NCBI GenBank assembly: GCA_040384485.1
Contig: JAZKJH010000003.1
Location: 71,556-135,555 of the forward strand
DNA from: Patescibacteria group bacterium
GTDB lineage: Bacteria > Patescibacteriota > Minisyncoccia > Phycocordibacterales > DATDWN01
DNA: 64,000 nt
Reading direction: 5' to 3'
Shown here: positions 25,237 to 36,200 of the stretch, piece after piece
How positions within the stretch are numbered: the first letter of the stretch is position 1
Layout: every line of letters begins with the position of its first letter
Notes under the pieces: generated by a model
Told to the model about the DNA's origin: nothing
The model's database searches: none
Seen by the model: only the letters and a program-made list of their open reading frames with translations
Program-made: the position numbers and the translations under genes

Positions 25237-25709
25237 TGAAGATAATCTCTATAGATCCAGGATATGAAAGGCTGGGAATAGCAGTTATAGAAAAAGAACT
25301 CAAGGGCAAAGAGGTTTTGCTGTTTTCAGAGTGTTTCAAAACCTCAGCCAAACTCCCCCACCACGAGCGTCTTACTCTTATCGGAAACAGAATTAAAGAA
25401 GTGATAAAAAAATGGAAACCGCAGGCGTTAGCTACAGAAAAACTTTTCTTCAGTGCCAACCAGAAAACTGCTTTGTTTGTAGCCGAGGCTAGGGGTGTCA
25501 TACTTTACGCCGGAAGCTCAGAGAGTCTTCCAGTTTTTGAGTATCGACCTAACGAAATAAAAATAGCCATCACAGGCTATGGCAGAAGCGAAAAAAAACA
25601 GATGATGGATATGACTCGCAAACTGATAAAAATTGATTCAAAAACAAAAAGTGATGATGAGTTTGATGCGATTGCCATTGGTCTTACTCACTTTGCAATA
25701 AGTAGATGA
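25236..25709 (+). CDS. ruvC: Crossover junction endodeoxyribonuclease RuvC
   Basis: MKIISIDPGYERLGIAVIE (catalytic Asp7), 157 aa, RNase H-like fold signature. Confidence 0.85.
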   Translation: MKIISIDPGYERLGIAVIEKELKGKEVLLFSECFKTSAKLPHHERLTLIGNRIKEVIKKWKPQALATEKLFFSANQKTALFVAEARGVILYAGSSESLPVFEYRPNEIKIAITGYGRSEKKQMMDMTRKLIKIDSKTKSDDEFDAIAIGLTHFAISR

Positions 25710-25741
25710 TTGTGCTTTAATTCGAGTCAGAAGGAGTATAT

Positions 25742-25930
25742 ATGGCTGAGTACACTGCTCAATTCCAGCTTGGAAACAAAGGACTTGAATCAAGTTTCCA
25801 AGCAGTTGATGATAAAGAAGCAAGAGATATTGCCGATAAATATGCAGAGGGTCTCGCTTCAATAAAAAAAGGTTACACCTGCAAAGTGCTTGCTGTCTGG
25901 CAAGGTGATAGAATGCTTATTTTGAAGTAA
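25742..25930 (+). CDS. Small hypothetical protein (62 aa)
   Basis: Good SD (AGAAGGAG) 8 nt upstream of ATG. Confidence 0.4.
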   Translation: MAEYTAQFQLGNKGLESSFQAVDDKEARDIADKYAEGLASIKKGYTCKVLAVWQGDRMLILK

Positions 25931-25978
25931 AACGGTATAGCAAAAAACTGCCTTTGCCGTTTTTTGTTATAAAAATCC

Positions 25979-27793
25979 TTAATTTCTGAGCATCTTCAAA
26001 AATACGTCATGAGGAATATCCACTGAGCCTCTGCCTCTCTCCTTCATTTTCTTCTTACCTTTCTTTTGTTTCTCACGGAGCTTCATTTTACGAGTTATAT
26101 CCCCTCCGTACATATGCTGAGTAACGTCTTTACTAAAAGCAGACACTGTTCTACTAGATATTATTCTACCTAGTGCTTTTCCTTGAATTTTCATTACGAA
26201 CATCTGTCTTGGTAGAATGCCGTGGAGTTTCTCCACTGTCGTCTCACACTCCTCCTCCACTCTTCTTTTTGATACCACCCTAGAAAATGCTGGTAAAACC
26301 TCGTCAGCAACTAGTATGTCCATACGTACAACATCTGCGTCTCTCATGCCAACTATTTCATACGATATAGAAGCAAACCCACTGGATGCACTCTTTAGTT
26401 TATCGAAAAAGTTTCGCATAAGTTCACGTAGTGGCATCTGTAGTGTAAGTCTCGTTCGATCGTCTCCAAAGTTTTCTGAGTTGCCCAGTTCTGCTTCATG
26501 GTCGTAAAGCAAAGTCATGATATTACTCAAATATGTAGCGGGTAGAATAATTACACATTCTACCCAAGGCTCTCGTATATTTGAAAGTAGTCCCTCATCT
26601 GGAAAATAAGATGGAGAGTAAATTATTTCACTTTTACCTTGTTTTGGTCCTGTTTTGTAAGTAACTTCGTAGGTAATAGTAGGCATAGTCACCACTAGTT
26701 CTAGATCAAACTCTCTATGAAGTCTTTCTGAAATAATTTCAAGGTGAAGCATCCCCAAGAACCCACAACGAAATCCTCGTCCTAATGCCCCAGAAGATTC
26801 CTCTTCGTATGTGTATGATGAATCCGAAAGTTTTAGCTTACCCAAAGCTTGTTTAAGTTCATTGAAATCATCCTGACTTTCAGGATAGATAGATGCCCAT
26901 ACCACAGGTTTAGGTGACATGTACCCGGGCAGAGCCTCTCTAGTGTCGCTCAGTGATGCTAAAGTATCTCCCACAGATGCAATACCTGGTTCTTTGATAC
27001 CTGTAACAACATAACCTATTTCCCCAGCCGAAAGTGATTCTACTGGAGTATCGTCTGGTGCAAAAATTCCAACCTCTATTCCTGTAAATGTTTTCTTTGA
27101 AATCTTGAAACTGAGAGGTGTGTTTCGACTTACCTTTCCATCCATAACTCGGATAAAAACAATAACCCCTTTATGTGTGGAATATTTGAAATCAAAAATA
27201 AGGGAGCGGAAATTTTTTGGATCCAAATTACTTTCTTGATTGTGTTCTGGTGGAGAAACTTTCTTTATCACCTCTTGGAGTAACTTATCCACCCCTTCCC
27301 CTGTTCTACCAGATGTTTCTATAATATCCTCCGGGTTACAGTCCAAAAGTTTTACAACTTCTTTTTTAATATCTTCTACTCTAGCCAACGGTGAATCAAC
27401 TTTAGACAGCACAGGAATTATAGTAAGTCCTGCTTCCCTAGCCATACCTAACGTAGTAAGAGTTTGTGCCTGCACGCCTTGAGTTGCATCAACTAGAAGT
27501 ATTGAGCCTTCTACAGCCTTTAATGCCCGAGAGACTTCATATGAAAAGTCTATGTGTCCCGGGGTGTCGATAAGGTTCAATACATAGTCTGCACCTTCGT
27601 ATTTATAATTCATACGAACTGGCTGCATTTTAATAGTTATTCCTCTTTCTCTTTCTAGTTCCATAGAATCCAGAACTTGGTCCTGCATTTTACGTGCTTC
27701 TATAGTTCCTGTAATCTCCAACATCCTGTCAGCCAAGGTTGATTTACCGTGGTCTATGTGAGCTATGATACTGAAGTTTCGAATATTCTGCAT
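25979..27793 (-). CDS. lepA: Elongation factor 4 (LepA)
   Basis: NFSIIAHIDHGKSTLADR G1 motif, DTPGHIDF, NLID; 604 aa with LepA C-terminal domain. Confidence 0.95.
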   Translation of the reverse strand: MQNIRNFSIIAHIDHGKSTLADRMLEITGTIEARKMQDQVLDSMELERERGITIKMQPVRMNYKYEGADYVLNLIDTPGHIDFSYEVSRALKAVEGSILLVDATQGVQAQTLTTLGMAREAGLTIIPVLSKVDSPLARVEDIKKEVVKLLDCNPEDIIETSGRTGEGVDKLLQEVIKKVSPPEHNQESNLDPKNFRSLIFDFKYSTHKGVIVFIRVMDGKVSRNTPLSFKISKKTFTGIEVGIFAPDDTPVESLSAGEIGYVVTGIKEPGIASVGDTLASLSDTREALPGYMSPKPVVWASIYPESQDDFNELKQALGKLKLSDSSYTYEEESSGALGRGFRCGFLGMLHLEIISERLHREFDLELVVTMPTITYEVTYKTGPKQGKSEIIYSPSYFPDEGLLSNIREPWVECVIILPATYLSNIMTLLYDHEAELGNSENFGDDRTRLTLQMPLRELMRNFFDKLKSASSGFASISYEIVGMRDADVVRMDILVADEVLPAFSRVVSKRRVEEECETTVEKLHGILPRQMFVMKIQGKALGRIISSRTVSAFSKDVTQHMYGGDITRKMKLREKQKKGKKKMKERGRGSVDIPHDVFLKMLRN

Positions 27794-27837
27794 AGAGTAT
27801 AGTTAAGCACAAAAAATCAAAATATTCTAATATATGT

Positions 27838-29517
27838 TTATTGTGGGTCGCTTCCAGGAACAACAACTTTTGCCTTCCAAATCTTTTTATGAAGAGCCTT
27901 CCAAACTTCCATAAGCTCTCTATTTTTCAACAAATACAGGACTATAATTGCTGAGATGATACCCATCACACCCGATAAAAATCCTTGTAAGAATATACCA
28001 AGCAATGTGTCCACATTAAACACATTATCAAAAACATCTAGGAATTTGTATGCGACAAAACCCATTATTATAGATGAACTGAACGTATGGAAAAATGTTT
28101 TAAAAAGTAACCCTGAGAAGTTTTTGAAATCCTTTTCAAAAGCAAACCAATGAATACAAAGGTTGAACAAAGCTCCGATAGAAAAACCTAGTGGGAGCAT
28201 CAACACTACAGTCCCCTCTAGATCCGTCACTTTTAACAACGACTCCCAAAAGCTTCTGAAAAACTCGTTGCTATTAAAAAGCATAACGAGGTAATAAGTA
28301 GTTACTATGGTAACGATCGCTGAAAATAGATTCATGAACAAAGGAGTTTTTGTTCTGCCCTGAGAATAATACGACCTGATAAAAAGAGTTATTAGGTTTT
28401 GGGCAATAAGAGATACCACGAACAAAGCTAGTGCCGCAGCAGTTAGACGCGTAGCGTCCCAGTTAAAACCACCTGCCCCGAGGATAGTTCTAACTATCTG
28501 GGCTCGCAATACTATAAACAGTACTGTGACGGGTATAGACCAGAATACAATGTGTCTAACTGAAGAAACCATTTGTTCCAAAAATTGTTGCTTATTTCCG
28601 GTGGAAAATATCCGTGACAATGTCGGAAATGCAGCTATAGAATAGCTCACTCCTATAATACTGAGAGGTACAGATTGTAAGTTAAGTGAGAAGTTAAATA
28701 CAGAAACCGAACCAGGAATAAAAAACGAAGCGAACGAAACCATAAACAACTTCGTTATTTCAACCGAAGAAACAGTTATGGTTCTAGGTAGTGATATAAA
28801 GATAATGTTTTTTATATCCTTCCATTTTATATAAAACCGAATAGAAGGAAGCATTTTTTCGCTCGCAACAAATGGAGCTTGGATTGCAAAGTGGAAAAAG
28901 GCTCCAAGTATAACCCCGAACCCCAACCCAGTCAGTCCCCATATCGGGTAGAAGAATATAATACCTATTATTATTCCGACGTTATAAACCACCGGCGACA
29001 TTGCGTACACAAAAAACCTTTTATACACCTGAGTTATGCTTGCAAGTAGGTTAGAAAAACCTAGAAAAATCGGAGATAGTAGTAAAACTCTGGTAAGACT
29101 GACGAGCTCGCCAAACGTAGGTAACACGGCAAAATTTGGGAAAATAAGTGCCATAAGTTGCGGTGTAAAAATGAACGCCAAAACTGCAGAAAAACCTATA
29201 GCAAAAAAGAAAAACGAGAAGACATTGTTTATAAACTCTTTTGCCTCTGGTTTTCCCTTGTCTAATCTTTCAATAATAAGCGGTATCAAAACAGAAATAG
29301 ACACAATAGAAGCCAAAGTTACAAACAAAATATCTGGTATTCTAAATGCAGAGTAGTACAAATCCAATGTCGTCCCAGCTCCGAAATGGGATGCAAGCAT
29401 TCTGTCCCTCCACAGTGCCAGAATCTGTGAACATAAAGCGAAGAAACCCAAAAGATAAGCGGCCTCGTGAAGGCCGGCTATCTCTCTGTTGAATATGTTC
29501 AATAGATTCTTAACCAT
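27838..29517 (-). CDS. murJ: Lipid II flippase MurJ (MviN family)
   Basis: 559 aa polytopic membrane protein with MurJ-type N-terminus (..LGFFALCSQILALWRDRMLASHFGAG..). Confidence 0.8.
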   Translation of the reverse strand: MVKNLLNIFNREIAGLHEAAYLLGFFALCSQILALWRDRMLASHFGAGTTLDLYYSAFRIPDILFVTLASIVSISVLIPLIIERLDKGKPEAKEFINNVFSFFFFAIGFSAVLAFIFTPQLMALIFPNFAVLPTFGELVSLTRVLLLSPIFLGFSNLLASITQVYKRFFVYAMSPVVYNVGIIIGIIFFYPIWGLTGLGFGVILGAFFHFAIQAPFVASEKMLPSIRFYIKWKDIKNIIFISLPRTITVSSVEITKLFMVSFASFFIPGSVSVFNFSLNLQSVPLSIIGVSYSIAAFPTLSRIFSTGNKQQFLEQMVSSVRHIVFWSIPVTVLFIVLRAQIVRTILGAGGFNWDATRLTAAALALFVVSLIAQNLITLFIRSYYSQGRTKTPLFMNLFSAIVTIVTTYYLVMLFNSNEFFRSFWESLLKVTDLEGTVVLMLPLGFSIGALFNLCIHWFAFEKDFKNFSGLLFKTFFHTFSSSIIMGFVAYKFLDVFDNVFNVDTLLGIFLQGFLSGVMGIISAIIVLYLLKNRELMEVWKALHKKIWKAKVVVPGSDPQ

Positions 29518-29519
29518 AA

Positions 29520-31898
29520 TTATTCTGTATCCTCTACAGGCAGACCCTCAGCAGATTCTGGATTTGTTTCTTCTAGTCCAGTAAGCGCCTTTTGCCCAGA
29601 TTTAATATTTTCAATTATTTTCACCAAATCTTGATTATCAGGGTTAGTTTTTGCAATGTCCTCAAATTCCTTCAGTGCTTTTTCTGTTTCCCCCACCTCA
29701 TCGTACGACAAACCTAGGAAATACTTAGCGTTAGCATAGTCGGGAGATATTTCAACTGCTTTTAACAAACTCTCTATTGCCCCCGCAAAATCTTTGTCGT
29801 TATACTTCAAAAGACCGAGTTGGAAAAATATTCCTGCGTTTGTTGGGTCTATCACAGACGCTGCTGTAACAGACTCAATGGCTCTCTTTAGGTTTTTGTC
29901 AGCAACTTCTATCTGAGACAACAGGAAGTACGCATCAACATAATTATTTTTTGTTTTTATAGCTTCTTCTGCATATCTTCTAGCTTCGGCAATATCGTTC
30001 TTTACCATAGCCAGCCTAGAGAACAAAATCAAAATACCAGGGTTAGTTGGGTTTCTTTTTAGAGCCTCTCCGTAAGCAAACTGAGCACTTTCGTAAGCTC
30101 CTTCTATTTTAAGTTCTGGAAGTGACACTGACTCATACACTTTTCCTAGAGCTATCCAGTTAAGGTAGTTTTTGTCGTCTGCGTTCTTGGCAGAAAGTCC
30201 GTGGATAATAGTTGCGGACAGTGTATCACTAAACTGTTTTTGTATTTCCTCCGGCTTTACGTTTGTATCAGTAGTGTTAAGTAAGTTAGTCATTTTCGCC
30301 ACTCCGATCTCTGACATAACTCTGTAATATATATCGTGTGGAACGTTCTCAATGGCCTTATTCATATACTCCTCCCCTAGAGCAATGTCGGTTGAGTTAT
30401 TCAGAGTTTGTAATCCCTTGTCAAAATACCACAATGATTTTGCATTTTTTAATACACCAAAACCTAGAACAACAACCCCTAACAATGTAGCGACAAGCAA
30501 GAGTGTTGCGACAAATCCAGTTTTTGGATGGTCTCCAAAAACCTTGTTTTCTATTTTTATAATTCCTGACAAGTAAACTGAAGAGAAGAACACTCCGGTA
30601 AAGAACAATGTCATTATGAACACCGAGGTGCTTGGTATATACACAAAGGCCATAATCCACAAATATAGCGAAACGAAAAATGATGAGGTGAGTAGATATT
30701 TAACAAACCCATCCTCAATTCTGGCAAAAATAGATTTTACTCCTAGATATATATAAAATCCTAGAAACAAAATCCAAGACAAAATACCCAATATTCCAGT
30801 GGTCACAGCGAATGTTGGTAGTAGCCCCATACCAGAAGAAAAATCAGTATTCCAAAAAACAGTACTAACAATGTCTGTTGGTCTCCAAGTTAACCATTGA
30901 AATGTGAAAGTTGTAGGACCAGAACCAAACAGTGGTTTCTCAGCTATGGTATGTTTAGCGATATCCATAGTTACAGATAGAGAAGGACGAACATCTACAT
31001 TTACCACATTAAACTTTTCGTTAAGATAGCCGGCTATACTACTCCCCCATATAACAAACACTAGAGAAACAACAAAAATAAATGCTGAAAATTTTGGTGC
31101 ATTCTTTAATTTTGCAAAAAAAGAAAGCTCGTGGTGTGAATGTGTAAATGCTACATAGAGAACAAAAACCAAAGAACAAACTGCCATTGCCCACCACACA
31201 AAAGAAAATCCGACCAAAGCCAAGAAAAATAGAGATAAAATAGTAGAAAGAACAAGTAGCCATTTTACTATCTTACTAACGTGTACCATTTCGTAAGTCA
31301 GGACTGAAAGAAGTAACCCTATACCAAAAAATATACCTACGTTATTCCAACTTCCCACAGGAGTAGACGTTATATCATTAAAAATTCCGAAAGAAAGGGT
31401 CTCTACCCCAAACACTAGACGCACCAACAAAAACAAAGCTAGCAAAATGGAAGAAAACACAACTGCAATGTATGAATAAAAAATGTTTTTTCTGTTTATA
31501 AACAGAACAGAAACCAAAAAAAGATAGATGAACCCTAGCAACATAAAACCCACAGTGTTTATATCAAACGTATATCCAAAGAAAGACATTCTTGAAAAGC
31601 CGTTTGAGATACCGGCCATAAGATAAACAAGTGGAACAAGTGAGGTGAAGCCTAAGATATATCTTGCAGGCTTAGGCAAATCAATGTTTCCAGATGACAA
31701 AACTGAAGCTCCATACACAATTAGAGCCAAAATCACACCAAAAGCGAACAAAAGACTTGTGGCGAATTGAGTAGATAAAAAAGATACTGGTGCAAAAAAT
31801 ATTGGTGCTAAAAACGTAATTCCTAATAAAATTCCGAAGGCAAGCCTTGCTCCGAAGCTTCTATTGTTTATACTGTGCGTTAAATAATGTTCGTTCAT
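29520..31898 (-). CDS. O-antigen ligase/polymerase-like polytopic membrane protein with C-terminal TPR repeats
   Basis: ~12 TM N-terminal half (Wzy_C-like), large C-terminal soluble region with tandem TPR-like repeats (AYESAQFAYGEALKRNP..., AYFLLSQIEV...). Confidence 0.6.
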   Translation of the reverse strand: MNEHYLTHSINNRSFGARLAFGILLGITFLAPIFFAPVSFLSTQFATSLLFAFGVILALIVYGASVLSSGNIDLPKPARYILGFTSLVPLVYLMAGISNGFSRMSFFGYTFDINTVGFMLLGFIYLFLVSVLFINRKNIFYSYIAVVFSSILLALFLLVRLVFGVETLSFGIFNDITSTPVGSWNNVGIFFGIGLLLSVLTYEMVHVSKIVKWLLVLSTILSLFFLALVGFSFVWWAMAVCSLVFVLYVAFTHSHHELSFFAKLKNAPKFSAFIFVVSLVFVIWGSSIAGYLNEKFNVVNVDVRPSLSVTMDIAKHTIAEKPLFGSGPTTFTFQWLTWRPTDIVSTVFWNTDFSSGMGLLPTFAVTTGILGILSWILFLGFYIYLGVKSIFARIEDGFVKYLLTSSFFVSLYLWIMAFVYIPSTSVFIMTLFFTGVFFSSVYLSGIIKIENKVFGDHPKTGFVATLLLVATLLGVVVLGFGVLKNAKSLWYFDKGLQTLNNSTDIALGEEYMNKAIENVPHDIYYRVMSEIGVAKMTNLLNTTDTNVKPEEIQKQFSDTLSATIIHGLSAKNADDKNYLNWIALGKVYESVSLPELKIEGAYESAQFAYGEALKRNPTNPGILILFSRLAMVKNDIAEARRYAEEAIKTKNNYVDAYFLLSQIEVADKNLKRAIESVTAASVIDPTNAGIFFQLGLLKYNDKDFAGAIESLLKAVEISPDYANAKYFLGLSYDEVGETEKALKEFEDIAKTNPDNQDLVKIIENIKSGQKALTGLEETNPESAEGLPVEDTE

Positions 31899-32040
31899 TT
31901 TTTTATAAATTATCTATTATTGATTGCCTAATTATATAGAAAATACACCCTATATTCAATTGTGAACAAGGCAAAAAACCCATATTTTAGGCACTACTTT
32001 TCAAAACATAGAGTTTGTGCTATAATATAGGCTGTTATGT

Positions 32041-32324
32041 TGGATAAGTGCTCTGCATAATATTTATATTTTGTAGGGAGGAAAGTCCGAACATCAAGTT
32101 TAGAGCAATCTGAACAGGGGTAGCGGGTAACGCCCGTCGGGAGTAATCCTAGAGGTGCGAGCAGTGACGCTGGAGGCGAAAGCTGAAGGATTCCGCAAGG
32201 AATAATTTCATAGAAATATGAAAGTGAAACGGCAAAATCCTTACTTTGATGCAAGGCCGTGTCCGAGCAATCGGAAGTGCCGCTCGAGGTTGTAGGTAAC
32301 TACAATCCCAGATAAATACTTATC
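32041..32324 (+). ncRNA. rnpB: RNase P RNA (bacterial type A, reduced)
   Basis: Conserved GGAGGAAAGUCCGAACA (P4), AGGGGUAGCGGGUAACGCCCG, GUGAAACGGCAAAAUCC. The P1 pairing of GGAUAAGUG with ACUUAUC sets approximate ends. Overlapping antisense ORF 31994-32254 is spurious. Confidence 0.7.
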
Positions 32325-32499
32325 GTTTAATATCAATTAGATATTAAATACAGAATTCGGCTTATAAACATAACCAAAATGAAAAGACACACCTAAACAG
32401 TGTGTTTTTTCTTAACCGATATCATTTTATTGCAACCATTGAACCTTCACCTACCTAGTGCTACCATTATATATAGAACGTACACAGTAGGAGGTCGTA

Positions 32500-33236
32500 T
32501 GGAGAGAAAAGACTTGTTCGGCTCAGTATCGACTGATAGGCCGAAAAGCAAAGCCAGGAGTGCTGTTGCTTTTTCTGTTGCCGTGCTGGTCAACTTTGTT
32601 GCTGTCGCAACACTGGTGATCAGTCCCCTTCTTGCTACAAACGAGCTGCCTCTGATTCACAGAGACAGCCCTTATGTAATGAGAGCAGACATTGTTCTGC
32701 CAACAGAACCGTCGGCACCCAAGAAAACTGAAAGTGTGCCGAAGGACCCAAATGCACCAAATCCAAAAGGTGCACCGCCAGAGTCTCCGGACAAAATATC
32801 TCCAGAACCTCCGAGGGTTCCCGAGTGGACACCACCAACAGCACCATGCCCGGGTTGTCTTCCGCCAACCGGTGGACCGGAAGGACCGCCAACACTTGGC
32901 CCCCCACCGCCACCAACTCCTCCGAAACCTGAACCCCCACCGCCACCAACAAAGCCGGTGAGAATTAGTTCCTCGGAGATGCCGAGACAGGTTGTGCGTG
33001 TAAACCCAACTTACCCAACAATCGCACAGTCAGCGAGAGTTGAAGGTGTTGTGATCATTGAAGCGATCATCGACAGATTTGGGAACGTAGTCAACGCCAA
33101 CATCTTGCGGGGACAAGCACTACTCAACGAAGCGGCTCTCTCTGCCGTTCGTCAATGGAAATATGAACCTCACAAACTCAATGGTGAACCAGTCCCTATC
33201 ATTATGACAGTGACAGTCACCTTCAGTTTGAAGTAG
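32500..33236 (+). CDS. TonB C-terminal-domain protein with TM anchor and proline-rich linker
   Basis: AGGAGG SD before ATG 32500; TM AVAFSVAVLVNFVAVATLVI; Pro-rich PPTLGPPPPPTPPKPEPPPPP; C-terminal TonB-like PTYPTIAQSARVEGVVIIEAIIDRFGNVVNANILRGQALLNEAALSAVRQWKYEP. GC-rich segment. Confidence 0.6.
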
Positions 33237-33244
33237 ACACACTC

Positions 33245-33280
33245 AGCCAAGGAACCTCACGGATCCTTGGCTGTTTTTTA
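33245..33280 (+). terminator. Rho-independent terminator
   Basis: agccaagga-acctcacgga-tccttggct + TTTTTT. Confidence 0.7.
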
Positions 33281-33284
33281 TTAT

Positions 33285-36200
33285 TTATTCAATTACTTCC
33301 TCAATAACTTCTACAGTTCGTGTCGCATAACTCCAGTTACCCCCTTCATCCATAGCTGAGTAAACTATTGTATGTGTAGCTGTTGCATTGGTAGATATAG
33401 ATACTGAAAGCATATCTACTCCGTTTACGTTGAAGTAGATTCCCAGGTTGTTGTTTGCATTGTTTTCATCATCTAGGTCTGTGACTGTTGCTCCTAGGTC
33501 TGAGTAGTTAGAGTTTAGTGGTATTTGTAGGTTAGCACTTCCGGTTATTGTGATGACTGGTGGGATTGAATCGGTTGGGCCTTCTTCTATAGTTTCAGGT
33601 TCTGGCTCAGGATCTCCTCCCCCTTCTTCTGGTGCCTGTGTTCCACAAATTCCTGCAACAGAAACCATTGCCCCGTTTCGCATCTTCATACAATATGGGT
33701 CATTTGTCACTTCGTCGTATATTGTAATACCTGTTGGGTTTGAACTACTTCCTACAGTTAGTCTGTCTGCAATAATATTTTTAAAGTAAGCAATACCATC
33801 GACGAACTTAGCCCCTACAGTTTCAAACTGATTTACAAATCCATCCAAAACATCGTTGAAATTTATTCCAGTACTTTCTGGTGTACTACTTGCAACAATT
33901 TGTTCTAGATTTGTTAGTCGAGAACCAGTATTTAAATCTAATTCTTGAATAGCATTTATTGCGGCTGCCAGTATGGTAGTTGTATTTACTTGCAAAGTTC
34001 CACTTGGGTTTGTGTTTACTGCATCAGGAATAGCTTGTTGGATGTTCTGAGCAATGAATCCAGAGTATAGAACTCCATTATCATACAAACCAGAATCTGT
34101 TTTCCATGAGTATGTTTGTGGGTTGATTTGATTTATTGCAGACAATCCTGATGTAAACTCGCTTTGTATGTCTTTTAGTCTTTCGTCTGAGGTACAACTC
34201 ATAGTACCGGAACCATTTGTCTGAATACCTCCACAAGAAACAAGGTTTGTGACAGCGAATGTTCCTCCCCCTATTACTGACGGACCATCACTTTGGAAAT
34301 AGTTAGTTAGACCATTTGCAGCGTTATACATATATAGAGAAGTGTCTCCGTCTGACTGTATTTCAAGACTGAGCTTGTTAGAACTGCCAACTTTTACAGC
34401 AAAAGGTACAGTACTTACAGCACCTGCTACTGTTAGTTTATTAGTTGCGTCAGTAGTTCCAATACCAACATTACCCGCAGAATCTAATGTAAACGACTTA
34501 GTAAACACACCTCCTGCTCGACTTAAAAGATGCAGTTTTGTGCCACTATTTTGCATTCCAATTACACCGTCGGTCCCGTCATTACCGAGCATAACCGCGT
34601 TCACATCAACACCGAAAGCTCCTGAGATTGTAGCTATACTGTTGGTTACACCACCGGATACAGCTAGTTTTGCATAACTAGAAGGGATACTTGTTCCCAC
34701 ACCAACTCCCCCATTTGCCAAAACAGTTAGCAAATTTGCACTGGCATTATTATCTACAACCAAGGCGTATTTGGCAGAATTCACTCCTCCTGCTTTTATA
34801 TATACACCATTTCCGTCGTTTGCCTCTGTGTTATAGAAAGTCGCGATACTTCCAGCTACCGAACCAGAGACACTTAGTTTGCTGTCTGGTGACGCGGTTC
34901 CAATACCAACATCTCCACCTTGCTCAATAGCCACTCTTATATCTCCTCCAGAACTCGCAAACTCCAAGTTTGGTGTAGCATTGTTTGAAGAATACACGTT
35001 CCATTTTTGTGTCCCAGCCTGACTATATATTAGCTGTGCATAGTTAGATGTTGTTCCAGCATTTATATATGTGGACTGATTCCCAGAAGCAGAAAACCTA
35101 ACACTGTCTCCGAGTATATCTAGTTTATGAGCCGGATCAGCTGTTCCAATACCAATATCCCCTGTAGATTCAATGACCATCTCATCATTTCCTGCGTTGT
35201 TGTAATTAAGCCTAAAGGTGTTGTCTGTATGGTTATACATTCCCCAGAAGTTTGTTGAGTTTGTTGCCTGCAAACCGACAATTCCTTTTACTTCCAATGT
35301 TTGAGTTGGACTAGAAAGTCCTATTCCCACCCCACCTGTAGCAAATATTCCCAACTTGGTACCGTTTGATTGTAAGTATGCCTGCGTTGTTGAATTATCG
35401 TTATCCAAGAAAGTAAGTGTTCCTTCGTCCACACTTCCGTTACTTCTACCTATGATACTGATTCCATTTGCGCCACTGTTTGATTGTACTGAAAGTGGAA
35501 ATGTAGGGTTTGTTGTTCCAATTCCAACATTTCCACCAGCCTTAATTCTCATCGCTTCAGAAATTGCTGTGACAGCAGTGCTAGCCTTTACACCAAACAC
35601 CAAATCACTAGATGTATTTACCGCACCACTAGTCAAAACAGCCCCGATGTATGCCTGGTTTGTGTTTGCATTGTTAGCAATCCATCTATATACAGTTCCT
35701 GTCCAATCACCCACTGTACCTGCAGTTGGGTTTACTATTTCTTGTTGGAATGCAGTTCCTATTGCACCACCTGTTATTGCATTGGAAATAGTTAATCTCG
35801 CACCTGGGTCAGTCGTGCCAATACCAACATTGCCACCTCCAACTTGTAACGAAAGGTTAGCTGTAGCAAAAGTTCCTGTATATCCTTGAATTTGAGCTCC
35901 GGCCGATCCTCCACCTAATCCGACAGCGTATGAACCTGAACCTTGGAAAAATCCTGAGTAGGTATTACTTGTATCTGCAACAGTCAGTCTTGCTGCTGTT
36001 GGTGTTGTTGTTCCGATCCCAACGTTGCCCGTACTTGCAACTCTCATCCTTTCGTTGTTGCCATTAGTATAAAATCTAATAACACCACTAGCATCTGTAG
36101 CGGCCAAAGAAAGTCCTCCCACAAGATTTGCCTCGAGTAACATACTGTCTTGTATGTATCTTCCACTGGTTGTGTACCCGGATCCAAATGTATACAAATA

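Noticed and set aside
31994-32254. 86-aa minus-strand ORF
   Set aside because: Lies antisense across the RNase P RNA gene.
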